64,000 nt of DNA from Nemertoderma westbladi (GCA_032718475.1 JAUCBJ010001563.1:11240-75239), one strand, 5' to 3'. Positions 11,440 through 24,602 are shown, counted from the first letter of the stretch. A program made the numbers and translations. Notes: generated by a model from the letters alone, not told the origin.

Positions 11440-14318
11440 TATTATCAAGCAATTTGTCATCAAATTTTATACTACTCCACTCCATTCCATAATTGTTTGA
11501 TATCGGCTATCGACTTTAGCATGGTCACCAGTCTCTACAACGTTATGTGACAGAATCAACGGATTCAACGCACTTTGGCTAGTAAATGTGCTTACAATGA
11601 AATTATGGCTCATTTTCCGTTTATCTACCAATAGTGTTAGCGCTGACTATCTGTTTAACTACTAATAGTGTCAGCACTAACTAACCAATTATCTACTAAT
11701 AGTGTCAGCACTAACTAACCAATTATCTACCAATAGTGTTAATGCTGACTATCCATTTATATACCAATACTGTTAGTGCTGACTATCCATTTATATACCA
11801 ATAGTGATAGTGCTGACTATCTGTTTATATACCGATAGTGTTAGTGCTAACTATCTGTTTATATACCAGTAGTATTAGTGCTAATTATCTGTTTATATAC
11901 CAATAGTGTTAGTGCTAACTATCTGTTTATATACCAATAGTGTTAGTGCTAACTATCTGTTTATATACCAATAGTGTACCAATAGTATTAGCGCTAACTA
12001 TCTGTTTATATACCAATAGTATTAGTGCTAACTATCTGTTTAAATACCAATAGTGTTAGTGCTAACTATCTGTTTATATACCAATAGTGTACCAATAGTA
12101 TTAGCGCTAACTATCTGTTTATATACCAATAGTGTTAGTGCTAACTATCTGTTTATATACCAATAGTGTACCAATAGTATTAGCGCTAACTATCTGTTTA
12201 TCTACCAATAGTGTTAGTGCTGACTATCCATTTATCTACCAATTGTATTAGCGCTGACAATCTGTTTATCTACCAATAGTGATAGTGCTGACTATCTGTT
12301 TATATACCAATAATGTTAGTGCTAACACTATCTGTTTATAGACCAGTAGTGTTAGTGCTGACTATCCTTTTATCTACCAATAGTGATAGTGCTGACTATC
12401 TGTTTATATACCAATAGTGTTAGTGCTAACTATCTGTTTATATACCAGTAGTGATAGTGCTAATTATCTGTTTATATACCAATAGTGTTAGTGCTAACTA
12501 TCTTTTTATATACCAATAGTGTTAGTGCTGACTATCCAATTATCTACCAATAGTGATAGTGCTGCCTATCTGTTTATATACCAATAGTGTTAGTGCTGAC
12601 TATCCATTTATATACCAATAGTGTTAGCACTGACTATCCAATTATCTACCAATAGTGTTAGTGCTGACTATCTGTATATACCAATAGTGTTAATGCTGAC
12701 TATCTGTTTATATACCAATAGTGTTAGTGCTGACTATCTGTATATACCAATAGTGTTAATGCTGACTATCTGTTTATATACCAATAGTATTAGTGCTGAC
12801 TATCTGTTTATATACCAATAGTATTAGTGCTGACTATCCAATTATCTACCAATAGTGTTAGTGCTGACTATCCGTTTATCTACCAATAGTATTAGTGCTG
12901 ACTATCTGTTAATCTACCAATAGTATTAGTGCTGACTATCTGTTTATATACCAATAGTGTTAGTGCTGACTATCCTTTTATCTACCAGTAGTGTTAGTGC
13001 TGACTATCCTTTTATCTACCAATAGTGATAGCGCTGACTATCTGTTTATCTACCAATAGTGTTAGTGCTGACTATCCATTTATCTACCAATACTGTTAGT
13101 GCTGACTATCCATTTATCTACCAATACTGTTAGCGCTGACAATCTATTTATCTACCAATAGTGTTAGCGCTGACAATCTGTTTATCTACCAATAGTGTTA
13201 GCGCTGACTATCCTTTTATCTACCAGTAGTGTTAGTGCTGACTATCCTTTTATCTACCAATAGTGATAGCGCTGACTATCTGTTTATCTACCAATAGTGT
13301 TAGTGCTGACTATCCATTTATCTACCAATACTGTTAGTGCTGACTATCCATTTATCTACCAATACTGTTAGTGCTGACTATCCATTTATCTACCAATACT
13401 GTTAGCGCTGACAATCTATTTATCTACCAATAGTGTTAGCGCTGACTATCTGTTTATCTACCAATAGTGTTAGTGCTGACTATCCATTTATCTACCAATA
13501 CTGTTAGTGCTGACTATCTGTTTATATACCAATACTGTTAGCGCTGACAACCTATTTATCTACCAATAGTGTTAGCGCTGACAATCTGTTTATCTACCAA
13601 TAGTATTAGTGCTGACTATCCATTTATCTACCAATACTGTTAGTGCTGACTATCCGTTTATCTACCAATAGTATTAGTGCTGACTATCTGTTTATATACC
13701 AATAGTATTAGTGCTGACTATCCATTTATCTACCAATAGTATTAGTGCTGACTATCCATTTATCTACCAATAGTTTTTGCGCTGACTATCCATTTATCTA
13801 CCAATAGTGTTAGTGCTGACTATCCATTTATCTACCAATAGTGTTAGCGCTGACTATCCTTTTATCTACCAATAGTGTTAGTGCTGACTATCTGTTTATC
13901 TACCAATAGTATTAGTGCTGACTATCTGTTTATATACCAATAGTGTTAGTGCTGACTATCCTTTTATCTACCAATACTGTTAGCGCTGACAATCTATTTA
14001 TCTACCAATAGTGTTAATGCTGACTATCTGTTTATCTACCAATAGTATTAGTGCTGACTTATTTGTTTATATACCAATAGTGTTAGTGCTAACTATCCAT
14101 TTATCTACCAATAGTGTTAGCGCTGACTATCCTTTTATCTACCAATAGTGTTAGCGCTGACTATCTGTTTATCTACCAATAGTATTAGTGCTGACTATCT
14201 GTTTATATACCAATAGTATTAGTGCTAACTATCCGTTTATCTACCAATAGTATTAGTGTTGACTATCCATTTATCTACCAATAGTGTTAGTGCTGACTAT
14301 CCATTTATCTACCAATAG

Positions 14319-16537
14319 AAAGTAAATAAATACAATAAAATTATAGCACTACAGTAGAAAAACATAAATGCGGGAAATTTAAAAACTTAAGCAACAAACA
14401 GTTAAACTGCACCACCACCAAACACAGTAAATATATCAGCCAAATACAGCAGTAAATAGACTTACAACTGTACCTACAGTAGACCGATATATTTAAATTG
14501 ATTGTTTTTATGTTTATATATTATTATACACCTACACCAATATCGTTGCCAGGCAACACTATTTACAGAATTCATAAATGTTGTATGGCAGCGCTTGTAC
14601 CACAGTACTACACAGGTTGCCAGCTTTCTGGCAACCCCGCGCCATCATCCGGCCCCCGAGCGCTCCTCCACTTGGTGCGGGAGCCCCGCAAAGAGTGGGT
14701 GGCCCCTCTAATAATGGCCAACTGAACCCACGTACGGATCCAGCCCATTGTGACGCTATAGGGCCACCCCCACGATCGGTGCAGCCGGTCTGCCACCACA
14801 CGGAGAAGATGGTTCGCTTGCGGCGCGAGAACTCCGTCGCAAGAGGCGACGAACGGCGAGAAGTCTCCCCGTCGGGCCGTCACTGCGTCCGCGTACAGCC
14901 TCTTCTTCTGGTCCACGGCCGATTCCAGGACAGACATTGGGGTGCGACCCGCATATGACCCGGCGTCAAGGTTTACAACCCGAATATCGATCAACGCCTG
15001 GGTCTGCGGGTTTAGCGCACCCCGTATCCCCACATCACAACGAAGACCTGCTGCTCCGTCTACTCCCTGCTGTTCGCGGACCACCGGCTCGAGGGTGACG
15101 TTCTGGGGCCCGAACTCGCGCGCCGCGAGATCACCGACCACATCCCGGAGCTTGTTGTTTCTTTGGATTACGAGGCCGCCTTTTTTACAATTTAAACCAT
15201 GGTTTAAATCGAAGGCGGCCCCGCACCCATCGCACCGACTCGGCACCGCCGCCAGGGGACGGCCGTACCGGATCGCCAGCGCATCCCGGAACTCCATGGG
15301 GGAGAGATCAAGTTGGTGTTCGGCTATCGGGAGGGAGGAAATCCACCCACTAGAGCGGAAGTTGGTGGCGCGCTCGACCGTCCGACGGCGGCCCTGTGGG
15401 AACTCGTCCAGCATGGCCTCCAGACTAGCCCTCTCCCTTCCGAGCTGTTGGTCCCGTCCTTCTTTCCGCGCTCGCTGTAAACAATTACGGTGGTCCATGA
15501 GCGAGAACTGCCGATCTCCCAATAGCGACTGCGCGATAGTCCGGGTTCCAGCTCGCGATATATCGAATGAGTGGGCCGCCTCGGACACCGGATTCCGCAG
15601 TCCGAGACCTGCAGTGCGAGGTGAGAGGCCGAACAGACAATGCTCGTTTGGGGAGATCGGTCCGCCAAACACTGCGGGAAGGAAACGCTCAGTCAGCGCA
15701 TCCTCCAGCACCTGGTACTCATCATCACAGTCTGGGGTTATGCGCTTGAGGTAAGCCCACTCCCGTTGGAGGGAGCCGGCCATGGCAGCGAACGCAGCTT
15801 GGGGTTGGGTCTCGGCCATCTCTGAGAGACGATCAACCGATGCGACCCACGCAGCAACTTTGGCCTGAACGTAACCCAATCGCTCTGCAGTCCCACCAAG
15901 ATACCCGCCAAGGAAACGGTGTCCCGTTACTATGTTTATCTCCTGGCCAGCGAAAACTCTACGGGCCTCCTCCTCGTACTGTGGAGCTACGACGAGGTAA
16001 CTCTTGGTGGGTTCCGGATAGTAGCCGAGGGTGGGGCCGTGACGTTTCAGTTCCCTGAACCATTCCAGGATCGGGAAGGGTCTGCCAGCTGCCGCTGAGT
16101 CGTCGGCAAACCAGTTCTGAATGAGGGGGGGCTTTCTCAGGTGGTGGATGAGGGGGAGTATACCGGTCGAGTACTCCAGCATCGCAAGGGGATCGCCCTG
16201 GGTGGTTCCCTCCTCGCTAAATAGAACCACATTGGTCCCTCTAATAATTAGCATACTGTGCCCCCTGTAGCAGTTAAACAAAAACAGTGAGCACCTGGGC
16301 CACAGCTGACGAGCGTTCCACAACGCGGCCGTTCGGTTCATCGAATTGAACGCGTTGGATGCGTCGACGAGGAGAACTCCCCAGCCGTCTTCCTTGTGGT
16401 CCTCAAACAACTCCGCCATCGTGTGGACGGCAGCCTCGACGCCGGCTGGCGTGCCGGCGGAGAGCTGCTCGGCGCCACAGGTCGCGGTGACGTCATCCCC
16501 CGTTGCTTCGGCCAGGGATCCGCCGAGAAGCCATGGG
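14319..16537 (-). mobile_element. 5'-truncated CRE-clade (restriction-like endonuclease) non-LTR retrotransposon
   Basis: TSD atctaccaatag at 14307-14318 and 16538-16549; T-rich 3' end (ttttattgtatttatttacttt); sharp GC increase over flanks. Confidence 0.88.
14608..16537 (-). CDS. Partial RT + CCHC knuckle + REL endonuclease; open through the truncation point
   Basis: GVEAAVH, DASNAFN, GTTQGDPL, WFADD, FLGG, GLGLRNP, CDGC-x7-H-x3-CKKGG, RCD...DIRV...KKRLY, FSPFVASCDG. Confidence 0.9.
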
Positions 16538-18902
16538 ATCTACCAATAGTGTTAGCGCTGACTATCCATTTATCTACCAATAGTGTTAGTGCTGACTATC
16601 TGTTTATCTACCAATAGTATTAGTGCTGACTATCTGTTTATATACCAATAGTATTAGTGCTGACTATCCATTTATCTACCAATAGTGTTAGTGCTGACTA
16701 TCCATTTATCTACCAATAGTGTTAGCGCTGACTATCCATTTATCTACCAATAGTTTTAGCGCTGACTATCCATTTATCTACCAATAGTGTTAGCGCTGAC
16801 TATCCTTTTATCTACCAATAGTGTTAGTGCTGACTATCTGTTTATCTACCAATAGTATTAGTGCTGACTATCTGTTTATATACCAATAGTGTTAGTGCTG
16901 ACTATCCATTTATCTACCAATACTGTTAGCGCTGACAATCTATTTATCTACCAATAGTGTTAATGCTGACTATCTGTTTATCTACCAATAGTATTAGTGC
17001 TGACTATCTGTTTATATACCAATAGTGTTAGCGCTGACTATCCTTTTATCTACCAATAGTGTTAGTGCTGACTATCCATTTATCTACCAATAGTGTTAGC
17101 GCTGACTATCCTTTTATCTACCAATAGTGTTAGCGCTGACTATCTGTTTATCTACCAATAGTATTAGTTCTGACTATCTGTTTATATACCAATAGTATTA
17201 GTGCTGACTATCCGTTTATCTACCAATAGTATTAGTGCTGACTATTCATTTATCTACCAATAGTGTTAGTGCTGACTATCCATTTATCTACCAATAGTGT
17301 TAGCGCTGACTATCCATTTATCTACCAATAGTGTTAGTGCTGACTATCCATTTATCTACCAATAGTGTTAGCGCTGACTATCCATTTATCTACCAATAGT
17401 GTTAGTGCTGACTATCCATTTATCTACCAATAGTGTTAGCGCTGACTATCCTTTTATCTACCAATAGTGTTAGTGCTGACTATCTGTTTATCTACCAATA
17501 GTATTAGTGCTGACTATCTGTTTATATACCAATAGTGTTAGTGCTGACTATCTGTTATGTTCAATTTCATTATGAATCCTAATTGTACGTGGTAGTTTAT
17601 TTTGATCAATGCTGGTACAATTATACATTATTATTCCAATAGGACATATATTCACAGTATGGGACCTACCTACCTATATTCCTAGACGGGGGGGGGGGGG
17701 GGGGTTCGGGGAGCACTTGACTCAAATCCCATCTCTGCAAAATACTATATCGTCTCAATAATAAATTATTAATTTTGACCGTAATCAGCTGTTATTTGCG
17801 TCGATTGACCCCTGGAGATTGATGAATTTTGACTGCATCGAAAATCCCCCACCCCATATATGAAAATGTATCTTTGCTTATGCATTTACGCGAAAACATA
17901 TATACTATTATCAAAAGCATTGATTATGTTCGCAATTGCATATATTACGGATGCAAATGCATATATGCTCATACGTAAATATGTATGCAAAGCCATACGT
18001 GGGTGTATACTGTATATATTCATTTGCATATCCGTATCAAATATTATATTCATCCTTGGTTGGCCTGATATTCCGAACTTAATCCTCGCACTTCTATATT
18101 TCTCAGCTAAGTTTGTTAATGTATCTGTTTTTAGGGGACCTGAGACTTGAGTTCAACACGTTGCAAACAATGTAACGGATTGATTATGAGTTCGGTCTGG
18201 AATACCCATCTCGATCTCATCAGACGCACATACGCATAGGACACTCAGCTATTATAAACTCGAATATCTTCAATGACCAATCCCATAGGATCAAGCCTTA
18301 AAATGCTCACACAAATAAGCTCATTATTGCATACAACAAAGACTTCTAATTGCCCTCGTCGGTTGAAAGAGACGAAATTAAATCTTACTGCGTTTTCTTT
18401 TTTGATAAGATAAACGATTGTTGCGACATTTATACGACTATCCTCTAGGAGCAAATTATCTGCGTTGACTGAAATTTTCTGCCACAAAGTTGAATACGGC
18501 AAATGTGTTGAAACATTATATCGGTCCCTCCTGGTTTGGTGTTTAACCATATTAGCACTGGGGTGTTTAGTTAGACCATTGCATTGGCAGCAGTAAGGGG
18601 GGAGGGGGTGATTCGGCCCACCCAATGTATTTTTGTAATCGTCCAATGAAATCCTACACAATTTGGACTGCAGGTAAAAAATTACCGATGAAAACAACCA
18701 AACCTTTAAAAATGAAAATTTCATAAGCTGTATATCATAATTTTCATGAAAAAAAATAAGTAGTCCCAGGACCAAATTTCAACATATTTGTTATTTTAAA
18801 AACTATTAGAGTTGCTTTGTTGGCTAGCTCTAGATGGAAGCAGCTGTATTGAATGCGATTATATTCCATTCCCGAAAATTAAGCGTATGCTATTTTTCGT
18901 AA

Positions 18903-19102
18903 GGCCGCGTTCACATTACCGAGTCAAAGTGAAAAGGAGTCAAAAGACAAAATGTGAAACAAATCACATGAAATTTATTTTTTTCTAGAATGCCCTTATG
19001 TATTATATTAGGCCTATATAATGTATTATTATTTATTATTGCTAGCTAGCTATATTTGTTTTCTTTTGACTTTGATTTTGACTCGGTAGTGTGAACGCGG
19101 CC
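18903..19102. mobile_element. PIF/Harbinger MITE, 200 bp
   Basis: TIR ggccgcgttcaca(t/c)taccgagtcaaa; TAA TSD on both sides. Confidence 0.9.
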
Positions 19103-19104
19103 TA

Positions 19105-19470
19105 AGGAGTAGGTGTGGCACATCAAATTTTGAAAAATATGAGATCCGAAAAAAACCCCCATGTTTTGATTTCAGTGCATTTTAAAAGGCTTTCTGTGTC
19201 GCCGATTCGATTCTAAAATCATGACTATCTATCTATTGGTTGCTAATTTTTGATGCACGAATATTAGGGCGTGGCACTTCAATTTTTGAAATATTCAAGA
19301 TTCTTAATATACGCCCAAGTTTCGATTTCATCGCATTTTTAGAGATTTTCTGGGTCGCTGAATCGAATGAGATAACACAATACATAGTGGTACTTTATTT
19401 TTTTTCTTAATTCGGTCGCGGCACCTCAAATTTGAAAATTATGAAAATAAGCCCAAGTTTTTATTACAAA
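19105..19470. repeat. Degenerate ~150-160-bp tandem repeats
   Basis: Three copies of gtggcac.tcaa.ttttgaaa...cccaagttt. Confidence 0.6.
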
Positions 19471-19489
19471 TTGTTCAACCACTAGGACG

Positions 19490-20570
19490 TCAGGTTTATT
19501 AACGATATATTATAGAAACACATCACCGAAACTCTAGAGACAGGAAGATTCACAGACTGCAGTTGTTATCGAATCGAGACAGGTCGATGGGCGTCACACC
19601 CAAGACTACGGAACCAAATAAATGTAAACTCAAAATGGGCTATTGGCGTTTATAATATTATAAACTCCTGGATACTACCGGTAGGCCTGGGCTGAATTCT
19701 ACTGAACGAATAAGGAGACGCAAAAAGCCCTTGAAAAGGTGGAAGGGTCCGGTCATCATCGTCAGAGAGTATTTCCAAAGGCCAAATCAAATAATGATCC
19801 AATTCTACTAAAAGTTCTCATCACAATACACTACGTCGCACCATTTTCAAACAACAAAAAGTTAATTAGCATTTCCCCTTGCCAAGGGATAAGAAAACCA
19901 ATCCCACTCTCAGCCTTTCAATAATCCTGAATCTCTGATGATAAATCGATTACACAGTGATGAGTTTTCAATGCAACAACAAAAGTAAGTGAACCAGGAC
20001 CGTCTACCATTTAGATAGGTTTATAAACCGTGAGGTAAGTTAAAAGAGGGCAATTTAAAAACAGGTTATCAATTATTAATAAATAAATATCAATATTATA
20101 TACGATAAAAGGAAGTCCTTCGATCTAAGTGAGATGCGGCACATATTCATGGAATTCTTGAAGCTCACCCTTGGGACCATCAACAAATCACAAAAAGTGC
20201 GAAGAGTTGCGGGACGATTGGGCGGTAATAATGTTAAATGAATATCGAGTGAGCAAACGTTTCCTAAAGTCCCCGAGTTTGACTCTCCCAATAAAACATC
20301 GGCAGGTTAAACTATCTCTTCTCTGTGCCAACTTTCACTTAATTGAGATATACTTTATAAATTGTAGATGAGGGCAGATAACCGCGCAACTTCAGTAAAT
20401 GAGAAGATCTAAAGATTATGTAATTGTGGATGAATCAGGATGAAGGGATGGGATGCACACGAAGCGTGAAATTTGTTTTCGACTTCTAATTAAAGACTGT
20501 GTTACAACCACCTTCTGATGAGACCTAGGCCATGACGATGGCAAACTATAAAAATGTAATTAAAGAACAT
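19490..20570 (+). pseudogene. Possible highly decayed Penelope-like element 3' part
   Basis: Scattered peptides ITIHYVAPFS, GTVYHL, MNQDEG (20430-20447) followed by ctgatgagacc at ~20515, the order expected for the GIY-YIG end plus pLTR hammerhead. Confidence 0.4.
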
Positions 20571-20595
20571 TACAAGTAAGGTGGGGATGATAAAA

Positions 20596-20740
20596 TATAT
20601 CAAATGTTGTCCAAGGTCTACACCCACCGATAGAGGTACAAAAGTGTATTATTACATACAGAAAGCTCGCTGTAATAATACCCTTTCTTTTTTGTACCTC
20701 TGTCGGTGGGTGTAGACGACCTTGAACAACATTTGTTATA
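20596..20740. repeat. Short foldback palindrome / mini-MITE
   Basis: caaatgttgtccaaggtctacacccaccga...tcggtgggtgtagacgaccttgaacaacatttg. Confidence 0.8.
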
Positions 20741-21002
20741 AATTAATTCGTAAAGTCGCTATCGCTCTCACAGAAATTGACGGATTCTTCGCGAATTTAT
20801 CTAAATTCTCAAACGTCGTAAAAAAAATACCGAATTATTGGCATTAAAGCATGACTGTGAAATATAATTATTTTGCAACAATAGTAAACAAGAATGATTA
20901 GATAGATTGTGCTACTGATAAGCAGACATAATATTATTATGTCTTACACCAAAAATTAACAAATGTAAAGTTGGACTGTTACTATTGTGAATTAATTTTA
21001 TA

Positions 21003-21133
21003 TATTTATCAATCACGTTAAGTAAAAAAACCTTACCAGTAGGTGTGTTAGTAACAAAGTATGTAATACAGTATGTAACAAAGTAATAACACACCTACCG
21101 GTAAGGTTTTTTACTTAACATGCTTGATAAATA
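21003..21133. repeat. Short foldback palindrome / mini-MITE
   Basis: tatttatcaa.ca.gttaagtaaaaaa.ccttacc.gtaggtgtgtta and its reverse complement. Confidence 0.8.
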
Positions 21134-21148
21134 AATAAATATAATAGG

Positions 21149-21824
21149 TAACTAGAGACGACGTCAAGACGCCGTTAAGCAAGTCGGAAGTCATCAATCA
21201 AATGTAAATTCCATCAACAAGCTGTCATTGGTGTTATTTTACCATTGCGCCTATGGCGTTTTTTCGTTTATGTCTATTTTTCGAGCACACGGCTCATGGA
21301 CGAAATAGCGGAACATACCAGGGACCTTAGAATCGCGGTATCTAGCCGCTGTGAAAATTTCATCAAAATCGTTAGAGTAGTTTTGCCTGTAGATCAGTCA
21401 GTCAGCCAGCCAGTCAGTCAGTCAGCCAGCCAGCCAGCCAGCCAGTCAATCAATCAGCCAACAATTCTTACAGTAATCAAGTCCTACGACTTGCTAACTA
21501 GAGACGGCGTCAAGACGCCGTTAAGCAAGTCGGAAGTCATCAATTCAAATGTAAATTCCATCAACAAGCTGTCATTGGTGTTATTTTACCATTGCGCCTA
21601 TGGCGTTTTTTCGTTAATCTCTATTTTTCGAGACCACGGCTCATGGACGAAATAGCGGAACATACCAGGGACCTTAGAATCGCGGTATCTAGCCGCTGTG
21701 AAAATTTCATCAAAATCGTTAGAGTAGTTTTGGCTGTAGATCAGTCAGCCAGCCAGCCAGTCAGTCAGCCAGTCAATCAATCAGCCAACAATTCTTACAG
21801 TAATCAAGTCCTACGACTTGCTAA
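21149..21824 (-). mobile_element. Head-to-tail dimer of a non-autonomous Helentron (HINE/DINE-1-like) element
   Basis: Units start at 21149 and 21495; subterminal IR gcaagtcg/cgacttgc, hairpin aagtcctacgactt, (cagt/cagc)n microsatellite, terminal palindrome cggcgtcaagacgccg next to ctagtt. Confidence 0.75.
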
Positions 21825-22304
21825 TTATTGGTTACTCAAGCTTCTACATCAATTGTTACTATTGTGATATGTGGCGTGTCACATAGAAGAGTAGAAAATA
21901 GGTCAATTTGTCACATTTCGTCAACACAGTTAAAGTTTTAGAAGATTAAAATATGTCAATTTTTCATTCCTGGTGCAGTTTTTTATGAGGATTTCAAAGC
22001 TTCCAACCATTTGTTAATAGCTAATGTAGTTCAAAAGTATATGGGGATATCCTGGTTGCTGATTTCATTTTCCGATATAAGTTTTCATATTTGACGACAA
22101 CCTACTGGTGGTTCTGTATGGCGGTTGTCTTGTCTGTCCAGCTATCTGTCTGTCAAAGTAATAGGCAGACAGACAGACTGTCTGAAGCCCAAACTTTTTT
22201 GCATAAACGACAGTTTCTTTCTAGACGAATGACAAACTTTTTTCAAACTTTGTTGCAATTATTGGACCGTTAGTTACTTAATTCGCTAATAATTAGCATT
22301 ATTT

Positions 22305-22880
22305 CTACTACTACTACTAGGATCGGCATGCTGCATTTCAGCTGCTATTTTAAGAATGCTGTGCCGGCTTGTCGACAAAATTGCGCCGCCACAACTCCCT
22401 ATCACCCATGACATTTGCTAGATCATCCGCATTTCCAAGGCCAGTGTCCTTTAAGATGCGTCTCAAGAAAGTCATGGGCTGTCCACCGTGCTTATTCACT
22501 CCATGAGGCTGCCAAAGTACAAGATTATGCACTGGCTGGTCCTCACGGCGAAAGCAATGTCCTCAAAGCCGAGGTGACTTTGTTCTAGTGTCAAGAATGG
22601 GGGAACCAATGAGACACTTCCAATGTTACATAGTCTCTGGTTGGAGATGTGTGCATTGTACTTGACACAATGAACCCGGCGTAGCATTCTTGTGAATGTA
22701 CCATCCAGAGATTTGGTGTCCTCAGCAGTTAGAGCCCAGCGGACTCCCATAGAAGAGTACTGGAACTACTGCTGCTCTAAATATTCGGACCATAAGTTTC
22801 CGATTAATTCTCAGTGACTTCCAGATCCTGGAAAGCCTATTCAAGGCTGCCCATGCCTTTCCCTTGCATATTCGAAGGTC
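22305..22880 (-). mobile_element. RTE-like LINE 3' fragment
   Basis: KGKAWAALNRLSRIWKS, WALT...LDGTFTRMLR, LWQPHG, LKDTGL...MGDRELWR; (tag)n tail. Confidence 0.8.
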
Positions 22881-24243
22881 CTAGACGGTCCTTACGTATT
22901 CGAAGCATTATTTCACTTTCATCAAGAAAATGGGTTAACAGGTTAGTTTTTTCTGGTTATTTTAGATGGACATGACGACTTCAATAACATTTTAAAATAA
23001 TTAAAATAAAATTTATGGCAAGTGTTATAGCTCATTGGAAAGGTAACAACACCTTTTCTATGTGATTCTAGGACATTTTGTACCTTTATTCATCAGTATC
23101 ATTAAATGCCATGATATTTTAATGCTTTAAGTTGCGTTAAGTTTACAACTACTGGTATTTGTTTGCCCAAGATAGGTTTGTAAAGTAGCCGTCGTAATGG
23201 CGGTCCCGCAGGTTGAATTCAATATTTCGTACATATAAGGAAGATGCTATTTTTTGGCCTTCTTTCTGGCCTACAGATGGAAAACCAAAGGCATCCGATG
23301 ATAGTTTGTTCTACTTATGCTAAAGGCATTTAATGTGTAAAGTGGACAACAAATTTATGGAACCCTCACTTTTTCAAGTAATGGTACTTTATTGAAACTA
23401 AGAAAATCATTTTTTTTTAAAAAGGTAGTTAACTAAAATTGGGTGTGTGTTATCCAAAGTAGAAATATTTTAGAGTTTATGAAAGTGACTTTATTACCAA
23501 TCGTCAAATAAGATTAACTTAACTCTCTTCAAAAAGTTAAATTCAACGCGAAAAGTGAGTTTGTGATTATTTGCACAGAACAGTTAGCCAATGATTCGAG
23601 GAGATTTGTAATAATTTTGCTTTAAAATTTGATAATTATTTCAATTATTAATTTGGAGTGGATGTCTCATATAAAATTCAACATGTTTGAGATTGCTATG
23701 CTTTGAGAGTGCTAAGTCCCAGTCCCCAATAGAAATTTGTTGATGTTAAACAAACCGGCAAATGACACGTGAAGTCTGTGGTGTGATATTTTACAATTTA
23801 TCCACTATACTTGGCACATATAGATCTTGGCAGTCTCAATACTGCATAATGTTACATAAGCGACAAAAGATAGATAATTATTATTATTCTATAAAAGTGC
23901 CAAATTCAAATGGGCATAGCCAAACAAATTTATCATACCAATCCTAAAGCCATAAATTTTATATGTATTTAATACTGTTGTAATATTTTCGATTTCAAAA
24001 AATCGTAACATTGCTAAAAGCCGTTAGTTTATTAATTGCGAATTGTAATAGCACATTTATTATAGGAAGGGATCTAGGGGTCTTAACCTCGAATGATAAG
24101 TTTATTTTACCGAAAATACCTTATCTTTTATTGGCGCAATTGTAGGACTAATCCCATCACATGCGTACTTTTTAACCGGGTAGTGTACAAATTTAGGAAT
24201 CGCGTAATTTTTCTTGAAATTAATATCTCACATATCTCTCCAA

Positions 24244-24286
24244 ACCACGTACGCGTTTCGACCTTACTGGGTCTCATCAGCGTGGT
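24244..24286 (-). ncRNA. Minimal type I hammerhead ribozyme (inverted copy)
   Basis: Minus strand accacg-CTGATGA-gacc-cagtaa-ggtc-GAAA-cgcg-TA-cgtggt. Confidence 0.88.
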
Positions 24287-24499
24287 GTCGGATTCGAATA
24301 AAAGATAAAAGATAAGGTATTTTCGGTAAAATAAACTTTTCATTCGAGGTTAAGACCCCTAGATCCCTTCCTATAATAAATGTATAATAACAAACACCTC
24401 GAAAAATACAGCTTGCCAACGCACTGTTACTATCAATAATAAAATTCAGGGGCTAATAAAATGGCAGCTGGCATTGAAATTAATACTCCATCTCAAGAA

Positions 24500-24560
24500 C
24501 CTGTGGCCTAGTGGTTGTTGTCTCGGCTTCCACCTCGAGGTCCCATGTTCGAATCCGACA
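24500..24560 (+). promoter_or_regulatory. tRNA-like internal Pol III promoter
   Basis: A box tggcctagtgg (24503-24513) and B box gttcgaatcc (24547-24556) at tRNA-like spacing. Confidence 0.75.
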
Positions 24561-24602
24561 CCACGCTGATGAGACCCAATAAGGTCGAAACGCGTACGTG
24601 GT
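24560..24602 (+). ncRNA. Minimal type I hammerhead ribozyme
   Basis: Helix I accacg/cgtggt, core CTGATGA, helix II gacc/ggtc, GAAA, palindromic helix III acgcgt, GUA cleavage triplet (24594-24596). Confidence 0.9.

Larger units (their letters stand above)
4218..11620 (+). mobile_element. CMC/EnSpm (CACTA) DNA transposon; right end not found
   Basis: Probable left end ccctagtagcaca at 4218 followed by aacgtt-type subterminal repeats; contains transposase and ORF2; I found no matching right TIR in the window. Confidence 0.75.
11620..17556. repeat. 34-bp tandem satellite, ~110 units, interrupted at 14319-16537
   Basis: Unit tatctaccaatagtgttagtgctgactatccatt with variants; no unique spacers. 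Confidence 0.97.

Noticed and set aside
14498-16617. Overlapping ORFs up to 270 aa opposite or out of frame with the CRE ORF
   Set aside because: Expected shadow ORFs in GC-rich coding DNA; no motifs.
11620-17556. CRISPR-like array (34-bp semi-palindromic repeat next to an RT/nuclease ORF)
   Set aside because: Units are directly adjacent with no unique spacers, the context is eukaryotic, and the ORF is a retrotransposon with a TSD.
18245-18775. 176-aa minus-strand ORF
   Set aside because: Non-ATG start, no recognisable domain, spans repeat fragments.
20510-20550. Additional active hammerheads (ctgatga here and near 18215, 19935, 54742)
   Set aside because: No helix II followed by GAAA; at best decayed.
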